A DNA stretch of 64,000 nt, taken from NCBI GenBank assembly GCA_026416665.1, contig JAOAET010000014.1, forward strand, positions 557-64,556. Reading direction: 5' to 3'. Origin of the DNA: Candidatus Omnitrophota bacterium. Lineage in GTDB: Bacteria > Omnitrophota > Gorgyraeia > Gygaellales > Profunditerraquicolaceae. A program made the position numbers and the translations under genes. Of this stretch, positions 36,456 to 46,723 are shown one piece after another; the first letter of the stretch is position 1; each line of letters starts with the position of its first letter. Under the pieces are notes generated by a model. That model was not told where the DNA came from and did not search any database. It saw nothing but the letters and a program-made list of their open reading frames with translations.

Positions 36456-38564
36456 CTATGATTTCTTAGGTTGATTTATCTTAAGCAAATCCTCTATAGC
36501 AGAAATAACTTCCTCGGGAGTAATTGAATGCATACATACACACTTCTTACATTTTGACCGGTAACAAGGAGCACAGGCAATCTTTTTGTTTAGAATAATA
36601 CAGTCTTTTACTGATGGCATATGGCGTAATGGATCAGTTGGACCGAATAACGCTATTATAGGCACACCTACACTAACCGCCACATGTAACGGAGCAGAAT
36701 CCCCGCTAATGTAAACACTACACCTTTTAATAAGACAGGCAAGCTGATTTATAGAGAATTTTCCGCACGCATCGATTATTTTGGCGCTACTTGTAATCTT
36801 AAGTAACTGTTGAACCCGTTTCTTATCTGTATCTGAGCCTGTGACCACAACACGAATATCTCGTTGGGCTAATTCCCGACATAGACGTGCAAGATGTGAT
36901 AAAGGCCATAGTTTTGTCTGCCAACGCTTACTTGCTCCAATGTTGATTCCCACTAATTTCTGTGACCCCAACCACTGCTGATTCAAGAAATTATCTACAT
37001 ACTGTTGATCCTCCTTTTGCGGAAAAAGCTCAAGTGAAAGAGTATCGGACTTAACCCCCAGCTGCTCTAAGAGACGAAATTGATGCTGGACAGGATTACA
37101 AGGATCTTTTTTATCCTTTATTCGGTGATTTAAAAGAAAAGAAAATTTTTTATTGTCATAACCGTATCGTTCAAATGCGCCAGATAACCAAGCAAGTAGA
37201 TGACTTCTACGATTATTTTGAAGGTCAATAACGATATCAAATCCTTTTGCACGTAATTTGTTTGCCAGTCTTAAAAATCCAAATAGACCTTTGTCTCTCC
37301 CTTTAAAGTCACATACAAATAACTCATCAATATGTGGATTACGCGCAAGGATTTCCTGGTAATCTGCGGATACCAAGACACTAATCTTGGCTGGTGGTTT
37401 AAATCTCTGACGGACAGCACGTATAGCCGCAGTAGCAAGAATTATATCACCCAAAGAACTCATCTTGATTATCAATACCTGTGGAGAAGACAATACTTCG
37501 TGGTATACTGCGACAGTCTTATCTACCATACTCTCCAGACTGTATCGTTCTTTTACCTTCCTGTAGGCATTGACTGCAATTTTCTTAGCAAGGGCTTTAT
37601 CCTCCATTAACCGCTTTAAAGCTTCACACATACTGGCTATGTCTTTGGCAGGTACAAGTAACCCTGTTTTGCCATCCTCAATAATGTCTACTACACCTCC
37701 TACCCTAGTTGCTACTACCGGCACACCACTTGCCTGTGCCTCGATAATTACTCGTCCAAATGCCTCTTGAGTTATAGTAGCCATTACCAAAACATCTAAC
37801 TGAGAAAGCACTGCAGGAATATCTTTCTGGTTACCTAAAAACTCTGTAATTCTTTCAAGACCAAGTCTCTTTACTAAAGTGCGTAAATACTGTTTATAAG
37901 CATCGTAAGAACCTGCTGTATCACCAACAATCCAAATCTTAATATTTTGATTATAGATATAAAGTTGAGCCATTGCCCTAAGAAAATATTCATGCCCCTT
38001 GATAGGACTAAGACGCCCAATAATACCTACATCAAAGATATTATCTAGTTTCTGTTCAGGCTCAGTAAAGCAAAATCGTTCTAAATCCACACTGCGAGGA
38101 ATAAGTCTGATCCGTTCATAGGGGACACTGAAATCTTCTATCATATGTTTAGCAATAACATTTGAGATAACAATAACTCTTTTACCCCAGCCCATTACTG
38201 AACTGAAAGGATGTTTACTATAATAACCGTGGCAGGTGGTAACAAATGGCCTTCTTGTCTTACGACAGGCAAAATACGCGCTCCAGGCAGGCGCTCGTGA
38301 ACGGGCATGCACAATATCTATTTTCTCTTTCTCTATAATTTCACAGAGTGGCTTTATCATCTGTAGTATACACCAAGGAGATTTTCTATGTACAGGTAGC
38401 TGATAATGAACTGCTCCTGATAACTCTAGTTCAGAAACTAATAACCCGCCGTTTGAAACAACTACTACTTTGTGACCACGTTTAACTAATTGTCGGGATA
38501 AATCTATTGTCCCCCGTTCTACTCCACCAATATTTAATTCTGGCACTACCTGTAAGATATTCAT
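36456..38564 (-). CDS. GT4 glycosyltransferase - GT9 heptosyltransferase fusion
   Basis: N-terminal half: GGVERGT, HARSRAPAW, EAFGRVIIEAQASG. C-terminal half: SSLGDII, DSAPLHVA, LFGPTDP. Confidence 0.88.
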   Translation of the reverse strand: MNILQVVPELNIGGVERGTIDLSRQLVKRGHKVVVVSNGGLLVSELELSGAVHYQLPVHRKSPWCILQMIKPLCEIIEKEKIDIVHARSRAPAWSAYFACRKTRRPFVTTCHGYYSKHPFSSVMGWGKRVIVISNVIAKHMIEDFSVPYERIRLIPRSVDLERFCFTEPEQKLDNIFDVGIIGRLSPIKGHEYFLRAMAQLYIYNQNIKIWIVGDTAGSYDAYKQYLRTLVKRLGLERITEFLGNQKDIPAVLSQLDVLVMATITQEAFGRVIIEAQASGVPVVATRVGGVVDIIEDGKTGLLVPAKDIASMCEALKRLMEDKALAKKIAVNAYRKVKERYSLESMVDKTVAVYHEVLSSPQVLIIKMSSLGDIILATAAIRAVRQRFKPPAKISVLVSADYQEILARNPHIDELFVCDFKGRDKGLFGFLRLANKLRAKGFDIVIDLQNNRRSHLLAWLSGAFERYGYDNKKFSFLLNHRIKDKKDPCNPVQHQFRLLEQLGVKSDTLSLELFPQKEDQQYVDNFLNQQWLGSQKLVGINIGASKRWQTKLWPLSHLARLCRELAQRDIRVVVTGSDTDKKRVQQLLKITSSAKIIDACGKFSINQLACLIKRCSVYISGDSAPLHVAVSVGVPIIALFGPTDPLRHMPSVKDCIILNKKIACAPCYRSKCKKCVCMHSITPEEVISAIEDLLKINQPKKS

Positions 38565-38573
38565 AACTGAAAC

Positions 38574-40529
38574 CTACTTAAGTAATTTTTTTAGTGCTAA
38601 AATAATGGTACTGTTGTCGTCTAATCTTTTAGGCTCTTTTTTATCTTGAATAACTTCTTCAATAACTTGTTTACACTCTTCTAATAAACCGAGTCTCAAA
38701 TATCCTTCTTTGGCCAAGGTATCTAAAAATCTCCGGTGTCTTCCTCTAATGGCTCTATTATCAAGTACCACTACTTTCTTTCCGCTTGTACATGCCTCTG
38801 AGACCATTGAGATACTTTCTGCAGTAACTACTACGACGTTACTTAAAGCAAGTATGCCTCCTACAGTAAACGGATAATTCTTCTTACTTGCGATAACCAC
38901 AAACAAAGCACGTTTGTAAGATTGCAGATGTTCTTCAATTACTTCTTCTACATCTTGAGAAGTCCTACGAGAAGTGGTGGCCATAATCCCAAAATTGTGT
39001 TTATCCGCTACTTCTTTAAGAGAATTTATCAAAAGAAGTGCTTCCTTTACGCCAAAATTATATTTCTTGCTCTTACCACCTAGTAATAAACCAATAAAAC
39101 CTGAAAAGCAAAAGCTTTCTTCTCCAAGAAAATTCCGTAGCCTATGAGCTTGTTCGGACAAATAATCTTCATCTATTAAATTAAGCGCTCCTTTGGTTAT
39201 TACCACATTTTTTCTTTTAGGGGGACGATCATGTTGAGGCATAACAACTAAATTAAATCGTCTAAAGGAAAGGAAAGATGGACGCATTGCTACCACAGAG
39301 AATGCCTGGTTTTCCCTGCTTAGAAGGTAATTCACTATGGCAACTGCTGAACCGCAGGAAACAATAATATCTGGCTTTATTTTTAAAAGTCTATCTCTAC
39401 TGTCAGCAAGCAGAAACTTACGCATGCATAAAAGACATCCTTGGCAGATATATTTACCACTCAAAATTCCTGATAAACTTAACAATCGAGCTCTATATCC
39501 TTTGTGGAAAACTACTTCTTCCACAACTTCTGATACCTTATACCCTTGCTCTCTTAAAACTGAAGTTATAAGCTTTGCTAAACTTTGGGCTTGCCGAAGA
39601 TGACCTACTTTACCATCAGAAAGAACAAGTATTGTCTTGTCCTTTGAATACTTCCACACTTTATAGGTCCACAGATATTCATAAGGATACTTTCTGATTT
39701 GTTCTTCAAAAATATTTACTAGCTTCTCCAATGTATTCTGAATATCTTGCTCGATATTTGAGGTAGCTTTTATTTCAATGGGTTCTAAGGCAATAAATTT
39801 TACATAAGGCCCTTTTAATCTAACCGGCATAACTGGCACCAGCATACAACCAAGTTCTAAGGCAAGGCGAACAGCACCTGTAGCCATAGAAGCGCTTTTA
39901 CCAAAAAAAGAAACAAGCCTTCCTTTCTTTCCACCTTGATCAATGGTCATTACCACGGCTTCATTTTTCTTTAATACCCGTATGATATCCCGTATCTGAC
40001 CACGCTTGATAACAGGTCTTATTGCGGCTTTTTTACGATAGGTATCTAAAAGTCTATTGACACAAGGTAATTTTTGCTGGCGAACAAACATATGTAAAGG
40101 AATTCCCAGAAAAGACGCAACGATATTTGCTAATTCCCAACTGCCTGCATGCACTGCTACAAAAATAACTCCTTTTTTCTTACTAAATGCCTGTTGTACA
40201 TATTCTTGCCCTTCGGTTTTCACATATTTACTAAAATAACTTTGATTAAACCGAGGGATAAGAAATATCTCAATAATATTCTGTCCGAAGGCTTGAAAGA
40301 ACTTTCTGGTAGTCTTACGTAATTGCACAACGTCCATAGTATTACAAAAGGCTGTGCGAATATTTGCGTAAGCAATTAAGCGGTGTTTTAAATCTACCAG
40401 ATAAAACAAATCTCCCAATCGTCTTCCTAACCAATAACAAAGTTCTGTTGGTAACAAACAAAAAAGAGGCGCCGATATTTTACAGATTATATAAAGAAAG
40501 AAGTCGATTAAATAATTTCTGCTTTCCAT
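38574..40529 (-). CDS. Lipid A acyltransferase (LpxL/HtrB-like) - ELM1/GtrOC1-like fusion
   Basis: HAGSWE, TIDQ and YPYEYLWTYKVWK, followed by LSDGKVGHLRQA, PQHD, LLLGG, TTSRRT and VTAESISMVSEA. Confidence 0.82.
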   Translation of the reverse strand: MESRNYLIDFFLYIICKISAPLFCLLPTELCYWLGRRLGDLFYLVDLKHRLIAYANIRTAFCNTMDVVQLRKTTRKFFQAFGQNIIEIFLIPRFNQSYFSKYVKTEGQEYVQQAFSKKKGVIFVAVHAGSWELANIVASFLGIPLHMFVRQQKLPCVNRLLDTYRKKAAIRPVIKRGQIRDIIRVLKKNEAVVMTIDQGGKKGRLVSFFGKSASMATGAVRLALELGCMLVPVMPVRLKGPYVKFIALEPIEIKATSNIEQDIQNTLEKLVNIFEEQIRKYPYEYLWTYKVWKYSKDKTILVLSDGKVGHLRQAQSLAKLITSVLREQGYKVSEVVEEVVFHKGYRARLLSLSGILSGKYICQGCLLCMRKFLLADSRDRLLKIKPDIIVSCGSAVAIVNYLLSRENQAFSVVAMRPSFLSFRRFNLVVMPQHDRPPKRKNVVITKGALNLIDEDYLSEQAHRLRNFLGEESFCFSGFIGLLLGGKSKKYNFGVKEALLLINSLKEVADKHNFGIMATTSRRTSQDVEEVIEEHLQSYKRALFVVIASKKNYPFTVGGILALSNVVVVTAESISMVSEACTSGKKVVVLDNRAIRGRHRRFLDTLAKEGYLRLGLLEECKQVIEEVIQDKKEPKRLDDNSTIILALKKLLK

Positions 40530-41562
40530 CTTTTAATTCCAAAGTTATAGCTAAAAAGAAAATATTCATCCCGTATTGAGAAACAACCTCAATTGGCAGA
40601 CGAACCACATCTTTCTGCGTAGTAACAAGTAAAATTTCTTTTTTATTGCCTATTTCTTCATACATCTTCTCAATATCCTGTTTGCAATAAGGGTAATGAT
40701 CTTCAAACTCAAACCAACCTACAATAGAAACACCACAGGAAAAAAGACTACGTTTAAAAGAATAAGGATTCCCTATTCCACAAAAAGCAATCACTTGTCT
40801 ATCCCTTAAATAATCTAATGCGATTTGTTCTTTGGGTTTACCGACACAATACCAAGCAACTGGCTTGTGTTCTGCTTCAATAATTAACGCCTGAGGTGCA
40901 AGTTGTCTCAACTGAGAAACCAATACATTATCTTTAAAAGATAAAGATTGATCAGTAAGGATAAATACGTCAACCTTTTTTAAAGTAGAGATTGGTTGAC
41001 GTAAAATCCCTCTGGGTAGAAGCCGCCTATTACCAAAAGGATTACTTGCATCTAAACAGACTATTTCTAAGTCCTTATAGAGCGCCCACTGTTGAAAACC
41101 ATCATCTAAAATAAGCGTATCAAGCTTATACTTTTCAAGTGCCAACTTTACTGCACGGATTCGATTACTATCTACAATTACGGGGATGTTTTTCCCTAAA
41201 TTATCCGTTAACATAGCTGGTTCATCCCCTAAAAGTAGATATTTTGAATCATAATTTCTATTGACTTTTCTTGGCTTACGAAAACCGCGTGATATAATGC
41301 CTACTTTTTTGCCCTCTGCTGTTAAAAAATGAGCTATTTCCTGTACGAGTGTAGTTTTTCCGGTGCCACCTAAAGTGATATTCCCTATGCTAATAATTAC
41401 GCAATTAAACTTTTTACGTCTAATTAAGTTTAAATTACGTATTAGCCACACTATTACTCCATAAAGTAACGAGAGGATAAATAAACAACCCTTAATTATC
41501 TTGGATACTACTGAGTTTTCTTTATCCAGGGCACAATGATACAGATATTGTTTAATCCTCAT
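40480..41562 (-). CDS. lpxK: Tetraacyldisaccharide 4'-kinase
   Basis: SIGNITLGGTGKT, SRGF, GDEP, LDDGFQ, LPRGILR, GIGNP and TTQKD. Confidence 0.93.
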   Translation of the reverse strand: MRIKQYLYHCALDKENSVVSKIIKGCLFILSLLYGVIVWLIRNLNLIRRKKFNCVIISIGNITLGGTGKTTLVQEIAHFLTAEGKKVGIISRGFRKPRKVNRNYDSKYLLLGDEPAMLTDNLGKNIPVIVDSNRIRAVKLALEKYKLDTLILDDGFQQWALYKDLEIVCLDASNPFGNRRLLPRGILRQPISTLKKVDVFILTDQSLSFKDNVLVSQLRQLAPQALIIEAEHKPVAWYCVGKPKEQIALDYLRDRQVIAFCGIGNPYSFKRSLFSCGVSIVGWFEFEDHYPYCKQDIEKMYEEIGNKKEILLVTTQKDVVRLPIEVVSQYGMNIFFLAITLELKDGKQKLFNRLLSLYNL

Positions 41563-41650
41563 AGATATCCCTTAGTTTATTGACTAGTTAGGTAACTATT
41601 ATACAATGTAACTAACTCAGGACAAAATAGTTTTGTTTATAAATAAAATA

Positions 41651-44278
41651 CTAAGCTAATTCAATACGGATAGTGTTTTGGGTTTTATTAAGTAATTCGG
41701 TAGGAATCAAACAATCGTGTCTAAAGGAAGATAAGTCTATGCGGTTACAAGTAACTTTTTTTAATGCTAGACACTGGTTGATCCGAGAGTTTTTCTTTTT
41801 AAATAAATAGATAATTCTTAGTGGATAAGCACCTATTTTTAATTCAACCACAATAGACTTTTTAACGAATTGACCACTAACCAACTTTGGTCCAACAAAA
41901 AGTCTGCCAAAAGAAAACTTTACTCCCAGCACTTCTTCAAGTAAGGTGTAAATATACCAACTGGCTGAACCAGTAAGAAAAAGATATTTTCCTCTACCCT
42001 GGCTATCAAAATATTCTGGTAAGCAAGGACCAATTGCAGCGTATTGACTAGTAGCCATTCTGTAAAGGGAATTAAAAACAGTCCACCCTTCTGTTACGAA
42101 ACCTCTTCTATAAAGGGCATTTGCAAACATCACATTCATGTGGCTGAAGAAAGCCCCGTTTTCCTTATCGCCATACACAAAACCAAATGCCCTTCCTAAA
42201 TCCATATATAAAGGACCAACATAGGTATTCAACCGGAATCCGCCTAACTGCTGGTCATAAAGATATTTGTTAATATTCTGCCAAATCTTTCTTATTTGAT
42301 TTGTTTGAGCAATTCCACTCATAATGGGAAAGACTTGTGAAGCAAGCATAAGACGCATACCATATTTATTTCTTCCCTCGAAACGTTTTCCTTTGTTATC
42401 ATAGTAACCATTAAAAACCCCTTCAGGTAACCATTGATGTTTTTGTATCCAGCTTACCATATGGTTATACTTATCTCTTAAATCCTCAATAAGATTATCA
42501 ATTGGAACTTTAATTTTTTCTCCAGATAAATTTCTAATTAGCGAAAAATACTTATCAAGTACTTGTTGCTTATTATAATAATTATCATAATCAATAGGTT
42601 TACCCGAGACTCTGTCCAGTAAAATTTTTAATTCTTTGGCTAACTCTACCGTCTTAGTTTTTGTTCTCAAAGCAGAAAGGAGTTCACAAAGCCCTTTTAA
42701 GTTATGTGCATACATACAGCTAAAGGCAACACTTTCACCTTTTTTAGCTGCCATATCTAAACCATCATTCCAATCGGCATTTTCCAATCGAATAATATTA
42801 TGTTTCCCAACATTAAAAAACTGAACAAGCTGTTGGACCAACAGATGCTCTAAAATTGTGCCAAAATAAATTTTCCCTTTAATTGTTCTTTGCAAAAAAT
42901 CCTGCTGGCTAAAATCTGTATCTATCTGTTGTGCCCTGCTTAGCTGGTGGTCACGAAAATAAGTGGTTTTGAAAAGTAAAAAATCAACATCACCTGTCCG
43001 GTCAATATAAAGACGAGTAGTAAGATATGGCCATATACCGTGATCCATCCATACACGATTAATCCGGTTACGGTCAGCAATAAATCCACCATCGGATGTG
43101 ATTATAGTAGCATTTGACCCATCCAAACGCACACCACGAAAACTCTTGGTAATAATTTCCTTTGCTTTATCAGGCTCTGTTAATAAAAGTGTAAGGGCAT
43201 CCTGCCATAAATCCCGCCAGCCACGACCACCTTTTCCATAATCAAAGTGTGGTAAAAATGAACAACCAAATAATCGTCTTAGCGTTGGCTGAAGACAAAC
43301 CCACGTTAACCAACCATTAAAATTCTTATCGCCAAAATTAAAACGTATTGAGGAGTAATACCCTTGCCAGAATGAGCGCGTTTTATTGAATCTGTCTTGT
43401 ACTTTGCCTGGTGTGTTTAAAAGCCTAAACCTCTTTTCTATAGTTTCCATACTGTCCTCAATTCCCATTAAAAGAACATATTCTGTTGAGAACTTAGGCC
43501 TAATCTCTATCTTTGGAAATCTTAATGCTGCGCATACCTCTTTGCCTTGAAAACTTGCTTGTATTCTAGTTACTGGTGTAATATCTCTGTAAATTGCCTC
43601 TGGTTGCTCAATATTACCGCTACCATAAAAATAGTCTAATGTAGGGAACTGTCCTAATGGTGGCCGTTTTATTCCTTGATAACCTAATACATAGTAACAA
43701 ACAAAATTTTCTTTATGACCCCGTTCGTCGAAAACCATTGTCGGTTTTAAGATAATACCATACTTTTTTAGAATTATTCTATTAAGCAGAGAACTTACAT
43801 GCCGATGATCCCGAATGTTTTTCTCAGAACGGCCAAATAAAGGAATAAAAGAAGTAGCAAAAATCTCTTTTTTTCTATTGCTTATATTCTTTATACGAAT
43901 ACGCATAACTTCGGCAGGGATATCAAAAGGAACAAAATTAAGGATCTCAATTTCTAAGCCAGCAATTCTTTTTTTTAGTCGCTGAAAGAATAAGCCTGCT
44001 TCTAGGATGTCGTTTTTATTTGGGCTAGATAAACGAAATACTTTACTATTACAATGAAGAAAGAACTCTCTACGAGATAAAAGATTACTTCGCAAGTCCT
44101 CAATACTTGTAGGAAGGGTTAAGAAATGGTCATTATCCCTTTTAATATCGCCTGCCAAAGAAGGACTGATAGCAGATAAAAGTTTTCCCTGAGCATCAGT
44201 TAAAGGCAAATAAAGATTATACTGATGAGGATTTTTTATTTTAAAGGTGCCGTACTGATCAATAAAACGATATATCAC
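41651..44278 (-). CDS. GH94 glycoside phosphorylase (laminaribiose/cellobiose phosphorylase-like)
   Basis: DYGKGGRGWRDLWQD, ADWNDGLD, KENGAFFSH and LTGSASW. Confidence 0.85.
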   Translation of the reverse strand: MIYRFIDQYGTFKIKNPHQYNLYLPLTDAQGKLLSAISPSLAGDIKRDNDHFLTLPTSIEDLRSNLLSRREFFLHCNSKVFRLSSPNKNDILEAGLFFQRLKKRIAGLEIEILNFVPFDIPAEVMRIRIKNISNRKKEIFATSFIPLFGRSEKNIRDHRHVSSLLNRIILKKYGIILKPTMVFDERGHKENFVCYYVLGYQGIKRPPLGQFPTLDYFYGSGNIEQPEAIYRDITPVTRIQASFQGKEVCAALRFPKIEIRPKFSTEYVLLMGIEDSMETIEKRFRLLNTPGKVQDRFNKTRSFWQGYYSSIRFNFGDKNFNGWLTWVCLQPTLRRLFGCSFLPHFDYGKGGRGWRDLWQDALTLLLTEPDKAKEIITKSFRGVRLDGSNATIITSDGGFIADRNRINRVWMDHGIWPYLTTRLYIDRTGDVDFLLFKTTYFRDHQLSRAQQIDTDFSQQDFLQRTIKGKIYFGTILEHLLVQQLVQFFNVGKHNIIRLENADWNDGLDMAAKKGESVAFSCMYAHNLKGLCELLSALRTKTKTVELAKELKILLDRVSGKPIDYDNYYNKQQVLDKYFSLIRNLSGEKIKVPIDNLIEDLRDKYNHMVSWIQKHQWLPEGVFNGYYDNKGKRFEGRNKYGMRLMLASQVFPIMSGIAQTNQIRKIWQNINKYLYDQQLGGFRLNTYVGPLYMDLGRAFGFVYGDKENGAFFSHMNVMFANALYRRGFVTEGWTVFNSLYRMATSQYAAIGPCLPEYFDSQGRGKYLFLTGSASWYIYTLLEEVLGVKFSFGRLFVGPKLVSGQFVKKSIVVELKIGAYPLRIIYLFKKKNSRINQCLALKKVTCNRIDLSSFRHDCLIPTELLNKTQNTIRIELA

Positions 44279-44303
44279 TGCTTAAACCTCTGATTAAGAC
44301 CAA

Positions 44304-44338
44304 TAACCCCGCCTCAGCAATAAGAAGAGACGGGGTTA
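44304..44338 (-). terminator. GC-rich hairpin between the membrane protein gene and the GH94 gene
   Basis: TAACCCCGTCTC-11 nt-GAGGCGGGGTTA; the U tract is weak. Confidence 0.55.
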
Positions 44339-44364
44339 CTTGTTTCTCACTATTACATAGTAAG

Positions 44365-45063
44365 CTACTTCTTTGTTTTTAATTTCTCTATAAGATTAAC
44401 AAGAAACTCTCTAGCCTGCTCCTGACAACCAAACCCAAAGGCAATTGCAAACGCAAGCCCTAGAGAACCCAAAACAATACCTACCACTAACTCAATAATT
44501 CTAGGAGCAATTCCTAATTGCTCAAGGGCAATCATTACTGTGAAAACAACTATGCATACCTCTACAATCTTTGCCAACAATTTTGCTTCATTTATTCCTG
44601 CGTTGGTGGCAGCAGTCTGAACAATGTTACGTAAAAGCGTTGCTATAAACATCCCGAAAATGAGAATAAACACCGCTGCTATAATATTAGGTATGTAGAG
44701 AATAACTCGGCTAAGCAAATCTGCAGCTACCGTTAACCCCACTGCATTTATTGCTACTACAATAGTCACCAACAATGTCAGCCAATAAAATACAATTCCC
44801 ATTAGCTCCGAGAAAGTATATGGAATACCACCTTTAGCTAGAACATCGTCTAAATCAATACGTTCGGAAAGTTCATCTACTTTGCAGGTTTTAAGTAATT
44901 TTGTTACTAAACTTTTAATTACTTTAGCAATTATCCAACCAACCAGAAGAATTATAATAGCCCAGAGAATCAAAATAAAAAATTGCCCAATCTGAAGGGC
45001 CAATGTCTTTGCAGGCTCTACCACACTTAGCTGAAAATTTGTTCCTAATTCTCCCATTGCCAC
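44365..45063 (-). CDS. TM-helix repeat membrane protein (MscS-related/CmpX-like)
   Basis: Repeated AIIILLVGWIIA / YIPNIIAAVFILIFG, ALEQLGI and AFAIAFGFG. Confidence 0.8.
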   Translation of the reverse strand: MAMGELGTNFQLSVVEPAKTLALQIGQFFILILWAIIILLVGWIIAKVIKSLVTKLLKTCKVDELSERIDLDDVLAKGGIPYTFSELMGIVFYWLTLLVTIVVAINAVGLTVAADLLSRVILYIPNIIAAVFILIFGMFIATLLRNIVQTAATNAGINEAKLLAKIVEVCIVVFTVMIALEQLGIAPRIIELVVGIVLGSLGLAFAIAFGFGCQEQAREFLVNLIEKLKTKK

Positions 45064-45167
45064 CTCCTTTTTATTTTTTTTAATTTAACACAAGAGAAAT
45101 ATCCTGTCAAGCAACTCAGAACTGTTAATCATAACGGCATAAATATAGTTACGGCTTGCCCTAAATT

Positions 45168-46376
45168 CTAGTATGTGAAAAACTGTGAATCCGAGGCTCT
45201 GCCTGAAGCGGTGGTAGATATCCCTAATAAGAATGCCGGATACAAAGTCCATTCTCCAAAACGTGTATTTACCCTATCTATTGCAGCAAGTAGACGGCGT
45301 TGTCTCTGGTCTACCGGAAGTAATGGCTCAACTGTTTCCGGCAGAAACCCTTTAGCTACTATTCCCAAAGCACGAATACACAGTGGTCTCGGTGAAAGCA
45401 TTTGATAAATATAGCGAGCACGCTGGTAAAGAACAGCTGTATCATTGGTGGGAACATGAAAGTTTTTTTGTCGTAGGATATCTTCTTCGTAATTACTTAA
45501 CCATAAACAGCAGGTAGAACTTTCTAATTTGTGCTGGCGCATACGATGTCCTACCATCTCACTTAATAATAGTAACCACTGAAAAACGTGGGTATTACTG
45601 CGTAAGGGATTTTCTAGGGTATAAGAGTGCCCTATGGATTTAGGAGGTTTGTCTGGTGCATCCCAGTAATCAACTTCTTCCTCATCTATCCCCTGGCTAA
45701 TCTGCCACAACCAAATACCAATCTTACCAAAGTGCTGAATCAGAAATTCTAAACCTACCTGTGCAAGGTCTGCACCGGTAGTAATAGAAAGTAAATTTAA
45801 CCTCTTTGTTAACTTTGGCCCTATCCCTGGTATCCTATCCACAGGTAAATTATGAATAAAATCTTCTAGCTCCTGATGACTTACACATAACAGGCCATCT
45901 GGTTTAGAAAGTTTTGCCGCTATTTTTGCAAAAATTTTGCCTGGTGCAATACCAATAGAAGCACATAAAGAGAATTTTTCTCTTATCTGTCTCTTTATTT
46001 GCTTTGCTAACAGGACTGCCTCATCCAACTTAAGAAAACTCACATCTAGATAGAATTCATCAATAGAGGCCTGTTGTATCTTTTTAGAGAAATTCTTTAG
46101 TAGGTCAAAAATCTGTTCAGAACATAATAGGTACTTCGCAGAATCTGCCGAAACAAACTCTGCCTCAGGACAAAGCCGAAACGCCTGTTGGGTTGGCATA
46201 CCCGAACATACTCCGTATGCCTTTGCTTCATAGGAACAACTAGCTACTACTGTTCGGTACTTATTACCACGCGAACCAACAATAAGAGGTTTCCCTTTCA
46301 AAAACGGATAAGCTGCCTGCTCTATAGAAGCAAAAAAGGCATCCATATCAATATGCAGGATAATCCGTTGACTCAT
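45168..46376 (-). CDS. dinB: Y-family DNA polymerase (DinB/Pol IV-like) with a C-terminal RecA-NT-like motif
   Basis: HIDMDAFFAS, SYEAK, SIDE, AKIAAKLSKPDG and IPGIG; tail IDRVNTRFGEWTL. Confidence 0.92.
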   Translation of the reverse strand: MSQRIILHIDMDAFFASIEQAAYPFLKGKPLIVGSRGNKYRTVVASCSYEAKAYGVCSGMPTQQAFRLCPEAEFVSADSAKYLLCSEQIFDLLKNFSKKIQQASIDEFYLDVSFLKLDEAVLLAKQIKRQIREKFSLCASIGIAPGKIFAKIAAKLSKPDGLLCVSHQELEDFIHNLPVDRIPGIGPKLTKRLNLLSITTGADLAQVGLEFLIQHFGKIGIWLWQISQGIDEEEVDYWDAPDKPPKSIGHSYTLENPLRSNTHVFQWLLLLSEMVGHRMRQHKLESSTCCLWLSNYEEDILRQKNFHVPTNDTAVLYQRARYIYQMLSPRPLCIRALGIVAKGFLPETVEPLLPVDQRQRRLLAAIDRVNTRFGEWTLYPAFLLGISTTASGRASDSQFFTY

Positions 46377-46435
46377 AGGGAAAAATAGTAAAATTGCTTT
46401 TTAATTATTTACTGTAGGGTTTTAATAAAAATACG

Positions 46436-46723
46436 CTATGGGCTGTTTAATATCTTAACATACCAACGTTGGTCCATTGTGTCCCAGAGAAGACAAAAGA
46501 ATTCTCCTGCGCAAGAGACATTAAAATAAAATAGTTCTCTTAAACCTTGGCGTTTCTTCCAACTGTAATAAATACGATCTATTTTCATACGTTTTTGCTG
46601 TAGAGAAAACGCAAGTGGCACAATCTTACCATAACTAAATTTTATTAATACTTCAATCGGTTCTCCTTTATATAGCTTATTGCTGGGTAAAACCCTATCC
46701 CAACGTGCTTGATAGTTAAACAT
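46436..46723 (-). CDS. Small beta-rich protein between lexA and dinB
   Basis: EPIEV...IDRIYYSW...YFNVS...WY; overlaps the lexA stop codon. Confidence 0.7.
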   Translation of the reverse strand: MFNYQARWDRVLPSNKLYKGEPIEVLIKFSYGKIVPLAFSLQQKRMKIDRIYYSWKKRQGLRELFYFNVSCAGEFFCLLWDTMDQRWYVKILNSP

